64,000 nt of DNA, from NCBI GenBank assembly GCA_963575745.1, contig CAUYUJ010000133.1:1-64000 (forward strand), read 5' to 3'. Below are positions 63,981 through 64,000 of this stretch, piece after piece; position 1 is the stretch's first letter, and every line of letters begins with the position of its first letter. Origin of the DNA: Prorocentrum cordatum (Eukaryota). Under the pieces are notes generated by a model that did no database searches, was not told the DNA's origin, and saw nothing but the letters and a program-made list of their open reading frames with translations. The position numbers and the translations under genes are program-made.

Positions 63981-64000
63981 CTCTCTGGGGGGGCACGAGG

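Overview
GC-rich eukaryotic nuclear DNA, very probably from a dinoflagellate. This is inferred from a degenerate dinoflagellate spliced leader (DinoSL), GA-AG and GC-AG introns with AG|G junctions, and all genes lying on the minus strand; the style is Prorocentrum-like, but the species is not proven. Most of the window is microsatellites, minisatellites and nested short dispersed repeats, so most ORFs in the track are spurious. Three genes can be reconstructed. (1) An intronless 342-aa signal-peptide/coiled-coil gene with a relic SL, i.e. a retrogene (21631-22659). (2) A divergent 5-exon, ~706-aa importin-beta-like gene (49745-54084). (3) The last 4 exons of a gene ending in a putative glycosyltransferase-like domain (61594 to the window end). 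Scattered ARM-repeat-like exons at ~31-46 kb suggest a fourth, possibly decayed, gene. The most notable signal is that several introns are single copies of dispersed repeat or MITE families. They are bounded by short direct repeats containing AG|G, which is an Introner-type system with several families. Most copies of these families share one orientation.
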